32,845 nt of DNA, taken from positions 1 to 32,845 of IMG/VR virus record IMGVR_UViG_3300025018_000375; one strand, written 5' to 3'. Made by a program: the position numbers and the translations under genes. This document shows, one piece after another, positions 1-9,149 of the stretch. Within the stretch, counting starts at the first letter, position 1, and every line of letters starts with the position of its first letter. The stretch comes from a virus (Duplodnaviria > Caudoviricetes). The notes below the pieces were generated by a model that was not told the origin of the DNA, searched no databases, and was given only the letters and a program-made list of their open reading frames with translations.

Positions 1-35
1 GCCCTCTAGGGTTCGTTGCGCGGGCAGGGGCTGGC

Positions 36-149
36 TGAGGGGGGGTGAGAAAAGAAATGGGGAAGAAATGAGAAACGAGGGTTACGGTGGGTGACGGACG
101 GGTTACGTAGGGGGGTAAAAACGGGGCGGAATCAAAGTTTATTTGACGT
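36..149 (+). repeat. Putative prophage left end with short repeated protein-binding sites
   Basis: TG at 36-37 just outside the last early gene; TGAGAAA at 46 and 69; GGGT(T/G)ACG at 79, 89 and 100; exact end inferred. Confidence 0.45.
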
Positions 150-164
150 TGGAAAAGGGGGCAG

Positions 165-563
165 CTACAGCCGCCCTAAGATGGTCAGGATATGGCGGCG
201 GGTGACGCCGTAGCGGGCGGCGAGGGTGTTGGTGCTGGTGCCGCGGTCGAAGTCGGCGCGCAGGGCGGAGTCGCGGGCGGCGCGTAGGGCCGCTAGGCCG
301 CGGGGGACCTCCCAGGTGCAGCCGCCCAGGTGTGACACCAGCACCTTGGCGGCCAGGAAACCTAGGGTGTTGCACAGAGGGTGGTCGGTAGAGGGCGCGC
401 TTTTGGGCACGCTTAGGCGCTGGCCGCCGTAGGTTTTGAGCAGTGGCCACACGGCGTTGGCAGGGTAGCCGGCCTCTAGTAGTTGCCGGATGCTTTCGGG
501 CAACTCGGGGCCGGGTTCTGAAGGTGTGGGGGTGCCGGCTGGCCACAACTGCAACTGCGTCAT
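165..563 (-). CDS. mor: Mor/C-family transcription activator
   Basis: YGGQRLSVPK and GGCTWEVPR motifs, C-terminal HTH (LAARYGVTRRHILTIL); next to gemA. Confidence 0.85.
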   Translation of the reverse strand: MTQLQLWPAGTPTPSEPGPELPESIRQLLEAGYPANAVWPLLKTYGGQRLSVPKSAPSTDHPLCNTLGFLAAKVLVSHLGGCTWEVPRGLAALRAARDSALRADFDRGTSTNTLAARYGVTRRHILTILGRL

Positions 564-988
564 TCCTGCACCTCCACTCGCTCACGCTGACACCACTTTT
601 TAAGGCTCTCTATAGCGCGGCTGGCCTGGTCTGGGGTCAGCCATTGGAGGGCGCCCACCCCAGTTTGTCGTTCTACGTAGCGTCGCAGAGCCGTCTCGTC
701 GCGATTTTTCACCACACCAGCGTCGGCCAGGGCCAACCACAGGGCGCGGATTTTCTTGTGCTGGGGGGCACTGGCCAGCACTCGGGCCTTGGCGCCGCGC
801 GCGGGTTTGGGCTGCCAGCCAAGGGCTTGGTAGTGCCGCAATAGCTCCAGCAGTTGCCCGGTGCTCATGTCTTTGCAGCTTTCGCGGCCGCCGATCTGGA
901 GCTGCACGGCCCGCCGGGTGTCGTCGTCGAGGCACAGGTCTTTTGCTGCCAGGTGGGCTTTGGCGAGGAGCGATTGCCGCGAGGTCAT
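560..988 (-). CDS. gemA: GemA (Mu gp16, DUF1018) regulatory protein
   Basis: HLAAKDLCLDDDTRR, SCKDMS, KIRALW and AIESLKKW motifs. Confidence 0.9.
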   Translation of the reverse strand: MTSRQSLLAKAHLAAKDLCLDDDTRRAVQLQIGGRESCKDMSTGQLLELLRHYQALGWQPKPARGAKARVLASAPQHKKIRALWLALADAGVVKNRDETALRRYVERQTGVGALQWLTPDQASRAIESLKKWCQRERVEVQE

Positions 989-1512
989 CGGCGCAACCCT
1001 AGCGTTTTCTTGGTTTCCTCGATCATGGCTTTCACCTCCTCGGGTAGTTGCCCGGGCCCGCCGGCGGCTGCGTCGTCGTTGCGGGCGCGGGCGTGGCGGG
1101 CCACGTCGGCGTGGGCGCGGCTTTCGCGTTCGGCGTCGGCCTTGTTGGCCAGGTCGTAGACGATGGCGGTCAGGTAGCCGTGGCTGTCAAAGCGGTCTTG
1201 GCCGCGCTTGGTTTCGATCATTTGCCGCATGCCTTGGGCCCATAGTTCGGGGGTGACCGGCCGCGGCGGCTGGTTCTTCCAGGTGATTTCGCGGCGGCTG
1301 GTGAGGTCGCGCAGTGCCGTGGCCAGGCTGCGCACGCGGCTCCAGGCCAGCGCTCGTTTCGCGGGGCGAAACAGCCCCAGGTAGGACAGGGTCTGTTCGC
1401 GCACCGGCCCGGGAAGCCCCAAAATGAGCGCCAATGCCTGCCGCGTGGCGGCATCGTCGGCCCACAGCTCGGCTGAGGCGGTCAGCCCACAGCCCGGGCA
1501 GACGAGTTTCAT
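985..1512 (-). CDS. Conserved Mu-like phage hypothetical protein with N-terminal CxxC
   Basis: MKLVCPGCG and YLGLFRPAK; 4-bp overlap with gemA. Confidence 0.75.
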   Translation of the reverse strand: MKLVCPGCGLTASAELWADDAATRQALALILGLPGPVREQTLSYLGLFRPAKRALAWSRVRSLATALRDLTSRREITWKNQPPRPVTPELWAQGMRQMIETKRGQDRFDSHGYLTAIVYDLANKADAERESRAHADVARHARARNDDAAAGGPGQLPEEVKAMIEETKKTLGLRR

Positions 1513-1518
1513 GGGTGG

Positions 1519-1743
1519 CTACCCGATCGAAACATATTGCCCCCCGAGGTGCGTTGCGACTTCGACGCGGCGGGCAAAACATCCCGGCCGGCCGGGTCCG
1601 TATAGGGTCACTTGGAAATCTGGCGGCACGGTGGCCAGCCAGGCCGCCAGCATACCCGCGGTGATCTCGTAGTAGTGGCTGTCGCCTATTTGGCGCCCGT
1701 CCAAGGCGGGAATGCCGCTGTCCTGCTTCTTGCCTTTGTCCAT
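1519..1743 (-). CDS. Hypothetical protein
   Basis: Fills operon gap; GAGGG before ATG 1743 (ORF track start 1791). Confidence 0.45.
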   Translation of the reverse strand: MDKGKKQDSGIPALDGRQIGDSHYYEITAGMLAAWLATVPPDFQVTLYGPGRPGCFARRVEVATHLGGQYVSIG

Positions 1744-1802
1744 GTCGCCCTCGTCGGTTGCGGTTTGTCTTTCCCGAACCCTGGAAGCCACCCTCCAGGG
1801 CT

Positions 1803-1851
1803 CGAAAAAGACGCCCGGGGAAAACGGGCAGGAGGATACCCGCCCCGGGCG
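1803..1851 (-). terminator. Possible intrinsic terminator after gam
   Basis: CGCCCGGGG (1812-1820) / CCCCGGGCG (1843-1851), then TCTTTTT on the minus strand; large loop. Confidence 0.4.
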
Positions 1852-1867
1852 CGAAGGGATGAAGTGG

Positions 1868-2395
1868 TCAGTTTTCCGCCTGTTCCGCCTCCGCCAACAG
1901 CGCTCCCACCAGCTTGTCCACCTCGCTGTCTACCGGGTGCACCACCACCTGGTCGGCGCCCGGCACCAGCGCCACGCCCAGCTCGGCCAGGTGCAGGTTG
2001 GGATCCTCGGCCATGCGCTCTAGGGCCTTTTTGTTGGGGGTTTCTTTCACGGCAATGAGCAGGGCCGCCTGTTCGTCAGTGCAGTGGGCGCGAATGGCGG
2101 CCACGGTGGCGGCGGGGTCGGGGATCTCCAAGGCGTCTTTGGCTTTGACCCAGCCGGTTTTGATGCCGTGAAACACCTGGGTTTTGGGCTTTTGAAACAA
2201 CTCCGGCGCCCCTTCTACGGCGTTGTGCAGGGCCTCTTTGGCCCCCGCGGCGCGCTGCACGGCCGCCTTGATGCCCGGCAGGTAGCGCTCCTTGGCCGCG
2301 GCCAGATCGCGTTGCAGAGCGCTGACCAGCACGCCCAGGTGGTCGCGGTCGGCCCGGTAGGTGTGGGCCAGGGTCTCAATCTGTTTGAGGTCCAT
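1868..2395 (-). CDS. gam: Gam-like host-nuclease inhibitor
   Basis: Coiled-coil N-terminus, LFQKPKTQVFHGIKTGW and KETPNKKAL motifs; early-operon position. Confidence 0.75.
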   Translation of the reverse strand: MDLKQIETLAHTYRADRDHLGVLVSALQRDLAAAKERYLPGIKAAVQRAAGAKEALHNAVEGAPELFQKPKTQVFHGIKTGWVKAKDALEIPDPAATVAAIRAHCTDEQAALLIAVKETPNKKALERMAEDPNLHLAELGVALVPGADQVVVHPVDSEVDKLVGALLAEAEQAEN

Positions 2396-2399
2396 GACT

Positions 2400-2834
2400 C
2401 TAGCCCTCCACCAAGCTGGGCAGCGACGCGGCGATGAACCCCGCCATTTGCGCCGGGCTCAGCCGCTGGCCGCGGGCGGCGCGCTGTTCGCAGACGTCGA
2501 GCACCAGCTCCACGGCCGCGCGGACCCGTTCGTGGCGGCTGGGGGCAAACTCCAACGCCACCCCGGGCAGTTCGGCCACGGCCGCCACAGCAGCCCAATC
2601 CACCTTGGTGCTGCGCAGCGGGATCCCGCGCTCCTCGGCCAGCCGGGCCGCCCCGTCGCGGGTCGCGGCCAGGCTTTCGGGGCCAATTTTTGGCCAGTCG
2701 CCGATGGTGCCTCGGGTGCGCTCGGCCCACTCGCAGCTTCCGCACAGCCCGCGGGCGTGGTTTTCGGCCTCTGTGCCACACTTCCGGCAACCGCCAATAA
2801 TCCACTTCCGTACGGTCTTCTCGCTTCGTTTCAT
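2400..2834 (-). CDS. Hypothetical protein with CxxC...CxxC
   Basis: GGAGG RBS; operon-packed. Confidence 0.6.
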   Translation of the reverse strand: MKRSEKTVRKWIIGGCRKCGTEAENHARGLCGSCEWAERTRGTIGDWPKIGPESLAATRDGAARLAEERGIPLRSTKVDWAAVAAVAELPGVALEFAPSRHERVRAAVELVLDVCEQRAARGQRLSPAQMAGFIAASLPSLVEG

Positions 2835-2855
2835 CGCACACCTCCGCTGGTTGGT

Positions 2856-3020
2856 TTACCGAAGGATCAACAGCAACAACGCCACATTCAGACACGCCAA
2901 CGCCGTAAGAACCGCTACCCACTCGGCCGGCACCCGCCGCCGCTCCCGCGCCCCCAGGTACTCCGCCGCGCCCTCCATGCCCAGCAACTGCCGTTCGGTC
3001 ATCTCATCCATCCGGATCAT
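2856..3020 (-). CDS. Small protein (54 aa) with C-terminal TM helix
   Basis: Hand-translated MIRMDEMTERQ...VALLLLILR; strong GAGGAGG RBS; below ORF-track cutoff. Confidence 0.6.
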   Translation of the reverse strand: MIRMDEMTERQLLGMEGAAEYLGARERRRVPAEWVAVLTALACLNVALLLLILR

Positions 3021-3124
3021 GGTCTACCTCCTCGTTGGCAATCATCGCAGCGCGCCACCGCGCAAGCCGCCACCAGCACCATGCCCACCAGAACCCCAAG
3101 GAACACCATCGCTACGCCCCACAT
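3017..3124 (-). CDS. Small membrane peptide (35 aa)
   Basis: MWGVAMVFLGVLVGMVLVAACAVARCDDCQRGGRP; GGGAGG RBS; ATGA overlap with next gene. Confidence 0.55.
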   Translation of the reverse strand: MWGVAMVFLGVLVGMVLVAACAVARCDDCQRGGRP

Positions 3125-3699
3125 GTTGCCGCCTCCCGCGACATTTCGATCATCCACAACACCTGATCGACGGCGCTGCGGCGCTCGTCCCTAGCCACCC
3201 CCAACAGCCAGCGGTACAGCTCCACATCGCGCTGGCCGTCAAACGTCACGGTGAGCTGCTCTGGCTGTACCCAGGCAACAGGGGCCTCCGCTGCCGGTTG
3301 CAGCCGGGGCACCAAAACCGGGTTGGACGCTGCCGCTGGCGTTTCTGCTGCGCTCGGCAAGGGCGCCGTCACGTCGGCTGCCCACTGCTTCCCCGCCTGC
3401 GCCTTCTTCCACGCCTTCCAGCACTTGCTGCACATGTCGCGTGCGACGATGGTGATCTCGCGTTTGCACTCCACACACACGCCGTTTTTGCTCATGGTTT
3501 CACTCCTCTGTTGGGCCTCGGCTATGTACTTGGCCTTTTGTTTGGGTCGTCGATTCACCCGCCAGCCCTTGCCGCTAGACGCGTAGTTGCCGCTGTGCTG
3601 GCATTTTGCGCAGGCCAGCGGATCATGTTGTTGGTAGGCCACGCAGCCGGCCTGGGTCAGGCGGGCGGCGTAGCGTTCGCAAACATGGTCGGCAGTCAT
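3112..3699 (-). CDS. Cys-rich hypothetical protein
   Basis: ATG 3699 with GGAGGG RBS; second in-frame RBS-ATG at 3495. Confidence 0.6.
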   Translation of the reverse strand: MTADHVCERYAARLTQAGCVAYQQHDPLACAKCQHSGNYASSGKGWRVNRRPKQKAKYIAEAQQRSETMSKNGVCVECKREITIVARDMCSKCWKAWKKAQAGKQWAADVTAPLPSAAETPAAASNPVLVPRLQPAAEAPVAWVQPEQLTVTFDGQRDVELYRWLLGVARDERRSAVDQVLWMIEMSREAATCGA

Positions 3700-3851
3700 T
3701 TTCCCTCCACCGGTGGCGTGGGGCGCGGCTCTAGCCAACGGCGGTTAGCCGCGGCAACCAGGGTCTGGCACTTCTGGCACAGCCCTGCCCTATACCCCAA
3801 CCGCCCCACCCGTTCTTCTGTGGCGCCGCAGCGCGTGCATTTCACCATCAT
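3696..3851 (-). CDS. Small zinc-ribbon protein (51 aa)
   Basis: Hand-translated MMVKCTRCG...LCQKCQ; ATGA overlap with next gene. Confidence 0.55.
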   Translation of the reverse strand: MMVKCTRCGATEERVGRLGYRAGLCQKCQTLVAAANRRWLEPRPTPPVEGK

Positions 3852-3855
3852 GGGT

Positions 3856-5112
3856 TCACACCGCCTCCACCACCTCTTCGGTGACCCGCGCTTCGCCCAG
3901 CTCGCGGGCCAGGTTCATGGCGCGGGCCGCGTAGTTGTTGACCAAGAGCGGGTAGGCGTGGCTGATGGTGTGGCGGCCGTCGCGGCTTTTGCTGGTCATG
4001 CGCACGCCCAGGGCATCCAGCGCCGCGGGGGTAAACACGTCGGCCACGTCGCGGCCCTGCCGGCGGAACTTTAGGGCCAGGTAGTCGGCCAGGTGGCCGT
4101 TGAGGCCGGCGATCTCGGCCACCTGCACCCGGCGGATTACCTCGCGCATGTCCACGTTCTGGCCTTCGTCGAAGCGGTGTTTCAGCTCGGTTTGGCCAAT
4201 AAGGATGATGCCGAGGAGCTTCCGGTAGCCGTCTTCCAGCTCGTAGAAGCGTTTCAGGTATTTCAAGGTGTGGTTGTGCAGGTCGTGGGCCTCTTCAATG
4301 ATGAGGCAGGCCCGGTAGCCGCTCTTGGCGCGATCGAGCAACAGGCGTTGTACCTGGCGGGTCTTGTCTTCCAGCTTGGACTTACACTTCTCGCTCGATA
4401 CGTCGAGGACAATGGCATCGCAGATGCTCGAAGCCGTCAGGCGGGTCTTGTCGATCATCTGGGGATAGATGACTAGGGTGTCGCCGTCGCGGCGGAGCTG
4501 TTCGACGACTTTGCGGCGCATCACGCTCTTGCCGCTGCCCACCTCGCCGATGACGGCGAGAAAGCCGCCGTGACGGGCGGCATCGAGCATGGCGGCTTCG
4601 ATGTAGCGGTGCTCGTCGCTGAGGTACACGTCGGTATCTTTTTGCACGTCGTCAATGAACGGGTGCCGGAACAACTTGAAGTGTTTCAACGTCTCTTGGG
4701 TCAGCATCTCCACCTCGTGGGGGATCAGGGTTGAGGGGTCGCCGGTTTTGGGCGCGTCGAGCCAACTGCGTAGCCCGCGGCTCACCCGGGCGCGTTGGTC
4801 GCCGGGCAACTGGTTACGGGCCGCGTAGCCCAAGGGCTGCCACAGGTCGGCCACCGTGAGTTGGCGTTTGGCCAGCCAGGCCAGGGCCGCCGGGGTGTCG
4901 CGAATGGTTTGCTCTACCGCCGCGCGCAGGCCGGCAATACTGGGCGGGTCGTAATCGCGGTTGGCCACCAGGTTAATGGTTGGGCGGCTCACCGCCCGCC
5001 CCAACACCTCGCCCACCGCCTGGGCCAGGTCGGTTTGGGAAAGCGAGCAATCGGCCATCAACTGCTTGAGTACTCGCGGCTCAAAGGCCTGGGCGTACAC
5101 CGCGGCACTCAT
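3856..5112 (-). CDS. ExeA-type AAA transposition ATPase (MuB analogue) with N-terminal HTH
   Basis: Walker A GEVGSGKS, Walker B LIIEEAH, ILIGQTEL; N-terminal LSQTDLAQAV HTH. Confidence 0.9.
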   Translation of the reverse strand: MSAAVYAQAFEPRVLKQLMADCSLSQTDLAQAVGEVLGRAVSRPTINLVANRDYDPPSIAGLRAAVEQTIRDTPAALAWLAKRQLTVADLWQPLGYAARNQLPGDQRARVSRGLRSWLDAPKTGDPSTLIPHEVEMLTQETLKHFKLFRHPFIDDVQKDTDVYLSDEHRYIEAAMLDAARHGGFLAVIGEVGSGKSVMRRKVVEQLRRDGDTLVIYPQMIDKTRLTASSICDAIVLDVSSEKCKSKLEDKTRQVQRLLLDRAKSGYRACLIIEEAHDLHNHTLKYLKRFYELEDGYRKLLGIILIGQTELKHRFDEGQNVDMREVIRRVQVAEIAGLNGHLADYLALKFRRQGRDVADVFTPAALDALGVRMTSKSRDGRHTISHAYPLLVNNYAARAMNLARELGEARVTEEVVEAV

Positions 5113-5447
5113 ACCAGCGGCTCGCTCGCGGCCTGCGGGGGCACCACCCGGCCATAGCCGGCGTGCACCCGCGCCAGGTGCCGCAGTCGCGCCACCACTG
5201 CCTGGCGCACCGCCACCTGCAGCCCCGGAACGTACAGCGCGGCGTGGCAGGCCTCGCTGTCCATTTCGCGCACCTGGCTCAGCCGCCCGGCGCTATCCAT
5301 CGTCTCGCACCACCCGCTGGGCGCCCACCCCACTTTGGTACGAAACGGGTTACGCATCCGCCAACTGCACCGCGTACACGCGCTGGCCCCCGCCACCCGG
5401 GCCAGGGCGGCATGGCACTCGGGGCACTTCCCTCCAACCTCGTTCAT
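5109..5447 (-). CDS. Hypothetical zinc-ribbon protein between transposase and ATPase
   Basis: CPEC...CTRC; GAGGAGG RBS; 4-bp overlap with ATPase. Confidence 0.6.
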   Translation of the reverse strand: MNEVGGKCPECHAALARVAGASACTRCSWRMRNPFRTKVGWAPSGWCETMDSAGRLSQVREMDSEACHAALYVPGLQVAVRQAVVARLRHLARVHAGYGRVVPPQAASEPLV

Positions 5448-5496
5448 TGCTATCCTCCTCTCCTGTGTTGGTGCCCCCGCAAAAGGGGCGGTTGTG

Positions 5497-5536
5497 ACCG
5501 ACCCGGGGTTGCCGCCCCGGGTCGGTGTTTTTGTTT
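5497..5536 (+). terminator. 12-bp perfect hairpin with plus-strand T-rich tail
   Basis: ACCGACCCGGGG-TTGCCG-CCCCGGGTCGGT followed by GTTTTTGTTT. Confidence 0.5.
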
Positions 5537-7253
5537 ATTGCCCCAGGGCCTGGGCCGGCCCGTCGAGTTCGGCGCGCCAATCGCGCCCCTCGGCCAGGGC
5601 TGCCGCTATGGCCTCGGCCGTGTGCACCGCTACGCTCGGCCCCAGGGCCGCGCGCAGCTCGGCATTCAGCGCCGGGGCTACCGACCCCAGGCGCTGCACC
5701 AAACGCTTCAATACCTCCACCATGGGGATCTCTTGCGCCACCAGGTCGCGGCCTACCGCTAGCGGCGTGCCGGTGCGTGGCAGGGGGTGCACATTGCCCA
5801 GTTTGGCGGCCAGGTGACCAAAAACTTGCAGGGTGCCGTCGAAGGGAACCGCCCCCTTTTGCTTGCTTTCGCCGTAGGCCATGGCATGGTTACATTTGGT
5901 GGCCTGCTGGGTGGCAGTTTCGGGCTGTGCTTTGTACTCCTGGCCAATCACCGCGGCGGCCTCGTCAAAGCCGTAGGCGCCGCGTTGTACCGGGTCTACC
6001 AGGTACTCCACCTCGTTGTGCACCACCGCCACCTGGGGCCAGTGGTAGGGGCGTAGCGCCACCTGTACCTGGGTGCGGTTGGGGATCAGCCCCGGCACAT
6101 GCTTCACGCGGTACTCTTCGCCGCGGAACTTCACCGTGTAATTGCCGTGTACCAGCCGGGTCACCACCGGCTCGGCATACAGGTCGTGCAACAGGTCGTC
6201 GGCGGGCAGGTCGCGAATTTGCGCCTGGGTAATCGTCAGCCAGCACTCCACGCGGCTCATGCCGTGGCGGCTGTGCTCTTTGGTGTTGCACCACCAGGCA
6301 CACCAATCCAACGCCCGCTGGTTTAGCTCGTCAATCTCACACGCCGGGTCTAGGCGCAGGCCGCTCTCAAAGTGGCGCTCCACCAGGTTTTGCATGCACT
6401 CGGCCGAGCCCTGCCGGCGCGGGTTGTGGGGCAGGTTCGCGGGCGTCTCCACCCCCAGAGCGCCCAGAAAGCCCAGAATGGCCCGGGCAATATTGGCGCT
6501 GCCGGCGTCCATCAATAGATAGAAGGGCACCCCCCGCAGGGGCTGCTTTTCGTGCAGACCGCCGCGCCAGGCACACGTCAAAAAGTCGTACGTCATCTTC
6601 TGGTTTTCGCCGGCTGCCAAGTAGTACTTCAAAAACAAGTTGTGCGAGCAGTGGTCTACCAGCACCATGCGGATGAGCTTCTGCTTGATCTTGGCAAAGG
6701 CGTCGGGCTTGTTCTTGTAAAATGAGCGCTCGTCCATAATGGCCAAGCCGCCCTGCTTCAAGTAGTACTGAATGCACACCGAGGCATCAAACACGTGCAC
6801 ATGGTTCGGGTGCAGGCTGCGCATATTAATGTGGGGCGTGGGGGTCGCCAGCGCCGCACCGGTTAGGTCGCGCTCGCGCAACAGGCGCTGCATGGTGTTG
6901 GTGGTCACCTGGCCCGCGTCGATGTAGCCGTTGTCTTCGGCAATGCGCAGCGCCACCTCTACCGGCATGATGGCGCCCTTCACCTCGCGGCTGGTGGTTT
7001 GAATCAGCGCACTCACCACCTGCACCTGCTCACCCGTCAGCCCGCTTTTTGGCACCCCCGCATCGGCCCGGCGCTTGCGGCCCGGGTTGTAGCCGTGTTG
7101 CTTCGCCAGGCGGTACAACTGCGCCGGGCTCTTGCCGGTGTTGAAGGCGTACTCCTCCACCACCTTGGCCTTGTCGCCGTTTACTGCCGCGGCAAGCCGC
7201 GTCACCAACTCGGGGATCCACGCCGGGGGGGGAATGGGTTGCCGTTTCGCCAT
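5535..7253 (-). CDS. DDE (rve-type) transposase, MuA analogue
   Basis: RKRRADAG, HPNHVHVFDAS, LVDHCS, LMDAGSAN, NPRRQGSAE and HSRHGMSR motifs. Confidence 0.92.
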   Translation of the reverse strand: MAKRQPIPPPAWIPELVTRLAAAVNGDKAKVVEEYAFNTGKSPAQLYRLAKQHGYNPGRKRRADAGVPKSGLTGEQVQVVSALIQTTSREVKGAIMPVEVALRIAEDNGYIDAGQVTTNTMQRLLRERDLTGAALATPTPHINMRSLHPNHVHVFDASVCIQYYLKQGGLAIMDERSFYKNKPDAFAKIKQKLIRMVLVDHCSHNLFLKYYLAAGENQKMTYDFLTCAWRGGLHEKQPLRGVPFYLLMDAGSANIARAILGFLGALGVETPANLPHNPRRQGSAECMQNLVERHFESGLRLDPACEIDELNQRALDWCAWWCNTKEHSRHGMSRVECWLTITQAQIRDLPADDLLHDLYAEPVVTRLVHGNYTVKFRGEEYRVKHVPGLIPNRTQVQVALRPYHWPQVAVVHNEVEYLVDPVQRGAYGFDEAAAVIGQEYKAQPETATQQATKCNHAMAYGESKQKGAVPFDGTLQVFGHLAAKLGNVHPLPRTGTPLAVGRDLVAQEIPMVEVLKRLVQRLGSVAPALNAELRAALGPSVAVHTAEAIAAALAEGRDWRAELDGPAQALGQ

Positions 7254-7257
7254 GGCG

Positions 7258-8229
7258 CTACTCCACCACTGCCAGCGCCGGGCCGCGCGGCTCGGGCGCT
7301 ACATAACCCAGATCGTCTACATGATGGTTGCCGTACTGCTCTTTGGCGCACGCGTGCCAAATGGTAATTTGCCGGTGAAAGTAGCCTAGCACCTCAATAA
7401 ACGCCGCCTCCATGCGCGGCGTAGCGTGCTGCATCAGCGGCGTTTCGCCGGGCTCAAACTGGCGCAGCAGGGCCTCAAAGCCAATTCGCCAACTCTCCAT
7501 GCGGCGAAAGAACTCTTCCTCGTCGGGGCTGCGGTGCTTGCGAATCGCCTCCACCTGCGCCGCGGCCTCTTCCACCTTGCCTTCCAGCACCACAATCTCG
7601 GCGTCCCGCTTGTCTAGGGTGGTCTGCTTTTGCTCCACCAGGCGCTTTTGCGCGGCCAGCTCGCCGTTCTTGATGCTGAGGATGGCCTCGATGGCAAGCT
7701 GTAAGTCTTCGGCGTGGTCGGGGGAGAGCGGAACCGACTCGTCACCGATGGTGACAACCTCGGCGTCAACCCGAATGGCACCGTCGGCGGTAAGCTGGCG
7801 CAGCTTGCGCAGGTCGCGGTAGCCGACGCGCAAATTGGTAACCGTTTCCAAAAATTGCGCGCCGAGGATTTTCAGGTTGGCAATCTTCTCGTCACCGAGC
7901 TTGGCGGAAAAACCTAGGCGGTTGCAGAAGTGTTCCCACGTCCCCCCGCCGGGGAGCATCTTGTAAACCTTGCTTTCCTTCACATCTTTCAGCCACATAA
8001 TTGCCGACACGTTTCCAAATTCGCTGGTCACCTGCATCGCCTGAATCCGCCCAATGGCCTCGTGGCACTCGGCAAATAGCCGCTCTTTGTCGGCCTGCTG
8101 CTCTTGGGCAATGCGCTCCAGGCTCAACTCTTCTTGCACCACCAGCTCGGCCATGCGGGTGTCGTCGCGGTGGCGGTCGAGCCCGGCTTGCATCACCTCT
8201 TGTTCTCTGCGCGTAGGCATCTCGTTCAC
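7258..8229 (-). CDS. DUF3102-like phage protein with coiled coil
   Basis: WLKDVKESKVYK, TWEHFCNRLGFS and GYRDLRKLRQL; typical position upstream of transposase. Confidence 0.65.
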   Translation of the reverse strand: MNEMPTRREQEVMQAGLDRHRDDTRMAELVVQEELSLERIAQEQQADKERLFAECHEAIGRIQAMQVTSEFGNVSAIMWLKDVKESKVYKMLPGGGTWEHFCNRLGFSAKLGDEKIANLKILGAQFLETVTNLRVGYRDLRKLRQLTADGAIRVDAEVVTIGDESVPLSPDHAEDLQLAIEAILSIKNGELAAQKRLVEQKQTTLDKRDAEIVVLEGKVEEAAAQVEAIRKHRSPDEEEFFRRMESWRIGFEALLRQFEPGETPLMQHATPRMEAAFIEVLGYFHRQITIWHACAKEQYGNHHVDDLGYVAPEPRGPALAVVE

Positions 8230-8525
8230 TCTCCCACAATGGCAATGGCTGTTAGGTCGCGGTCAATCTGCATGCGCTGGCCTTCCAGCAGTGACTTTTT
8301 GCGCGCCCAGGCCGCGGCCAGGGCCAGACCCAGTTCCCACCCTTCGCCCAGGCGGCGGGCAAAGCGGCGATCTTCCAGCGTGGCCAGGTGGCACATCACC
8401 GTACCCACCGGCGCCTCTACCGCCGCGGCAATGGCCGCGGGAATGGCCGGCTCGCGCTGCTGTGCCAAAAACTCCAAGATGTGTAGCCCGGTGGCCAGGG
8501 CGGAAATGCGTTTGTAGGTGCTCAT
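8226..8525 (-). CDS. IclR-type HTH protein
   Basis: GLHILEFLA...IAAAVEAPVGTVMCHLATLE...WELG. Confidence 0.8.
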   Translation of the reverse strand: MSTYKRISALATGLHILEFLAQQREPAIPAAIAAAVEAPVGTVMCHLATLEDRRFARRLGEGWELGLALAAAWARKKSLLEGQRMQIDRDLTAIAIVGE

Positions 8526-8612
8526 GCGGGGCCTCTTCTAGAGGGGGGCAACCCCTGCGTGGTAGGGTGTTGGCGCCAACCAAACCCCCTACTCAACCGC
8601 AGAGGTGCCCCC

Positions 8613-9149
8613 ATGTCCGAACTGATTCTTTGGAAGTCCGTTGGCCTCGCCATCGATCGAGCCGTGGCCGCTGCTGGCACGCTCACGGCACTGCTCACCC
8701 TGGCGGGTTTGGGGCTCGCTGCACTGGCCTTGGGGCCGGCGCGCGCACCCTGGGCAGCCCTGGCGGTATTTGGCCTGGCTGGCGCGGCGGAGGTATTGCA
8801 TCGTCAGCGGCAAGCCCAGCTCGTAGGCCGTTGCCAGTTGCCCGATCCAAGCGCGCTCTTTTTCGCAATCCTCAGCGGCAAGCAGTGGCACCCCAAGGTA
8901 CTCAAGCAGCTCGCGCATGGCGGTGTACACTGGCAGGTGCTTGGGTTTGATGAAGCAAACTTCCCCCTGGGCATCGGCGGCCCACAGTGCCCCACCTGTG
9001 CAGAACACGTACTCGAACGCATTCACGTACGCTTCCCGGGGCGGCTGCGCATTCGGTTGGCGTGCCCCTGCGGGTTTGCCAAAACCTCGCCCTACACCGT
9101 GGCAGAGCTGCGCCGCGAGGTAGCCGAGCTGGCGAATCTGCCGCGCTAA
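8613..9149 (+). CDS. Counter-oriented membrane protein (2 TM plus zinc ribbon)
   Basis: AGAGG RBS; two hydrophobic helices; GPQCPTC...CPCGF. Confidence 0.65.
   Translation: MSELILWKSVGLAIDRAVAAAGTLTALLTLAGLGLAALALGPARAPWAALAVFGLAGAAEVLHRQRQAQLVGRCQLPDPSALFFAILSGKQWHPKVLKQLAHGGVHWQVLGFDEANFPLGIGGPQCPTCAEHVLERIHVRFPGRLRIRLACPCGFAKTSPYTVAELRREVAELANLPR

Noticed and set aside
2434-4074. 546-aa plus-strand ORF
   Set aside because: Antisense shadow of coupled early genes in GC-rich DNA; no motifs
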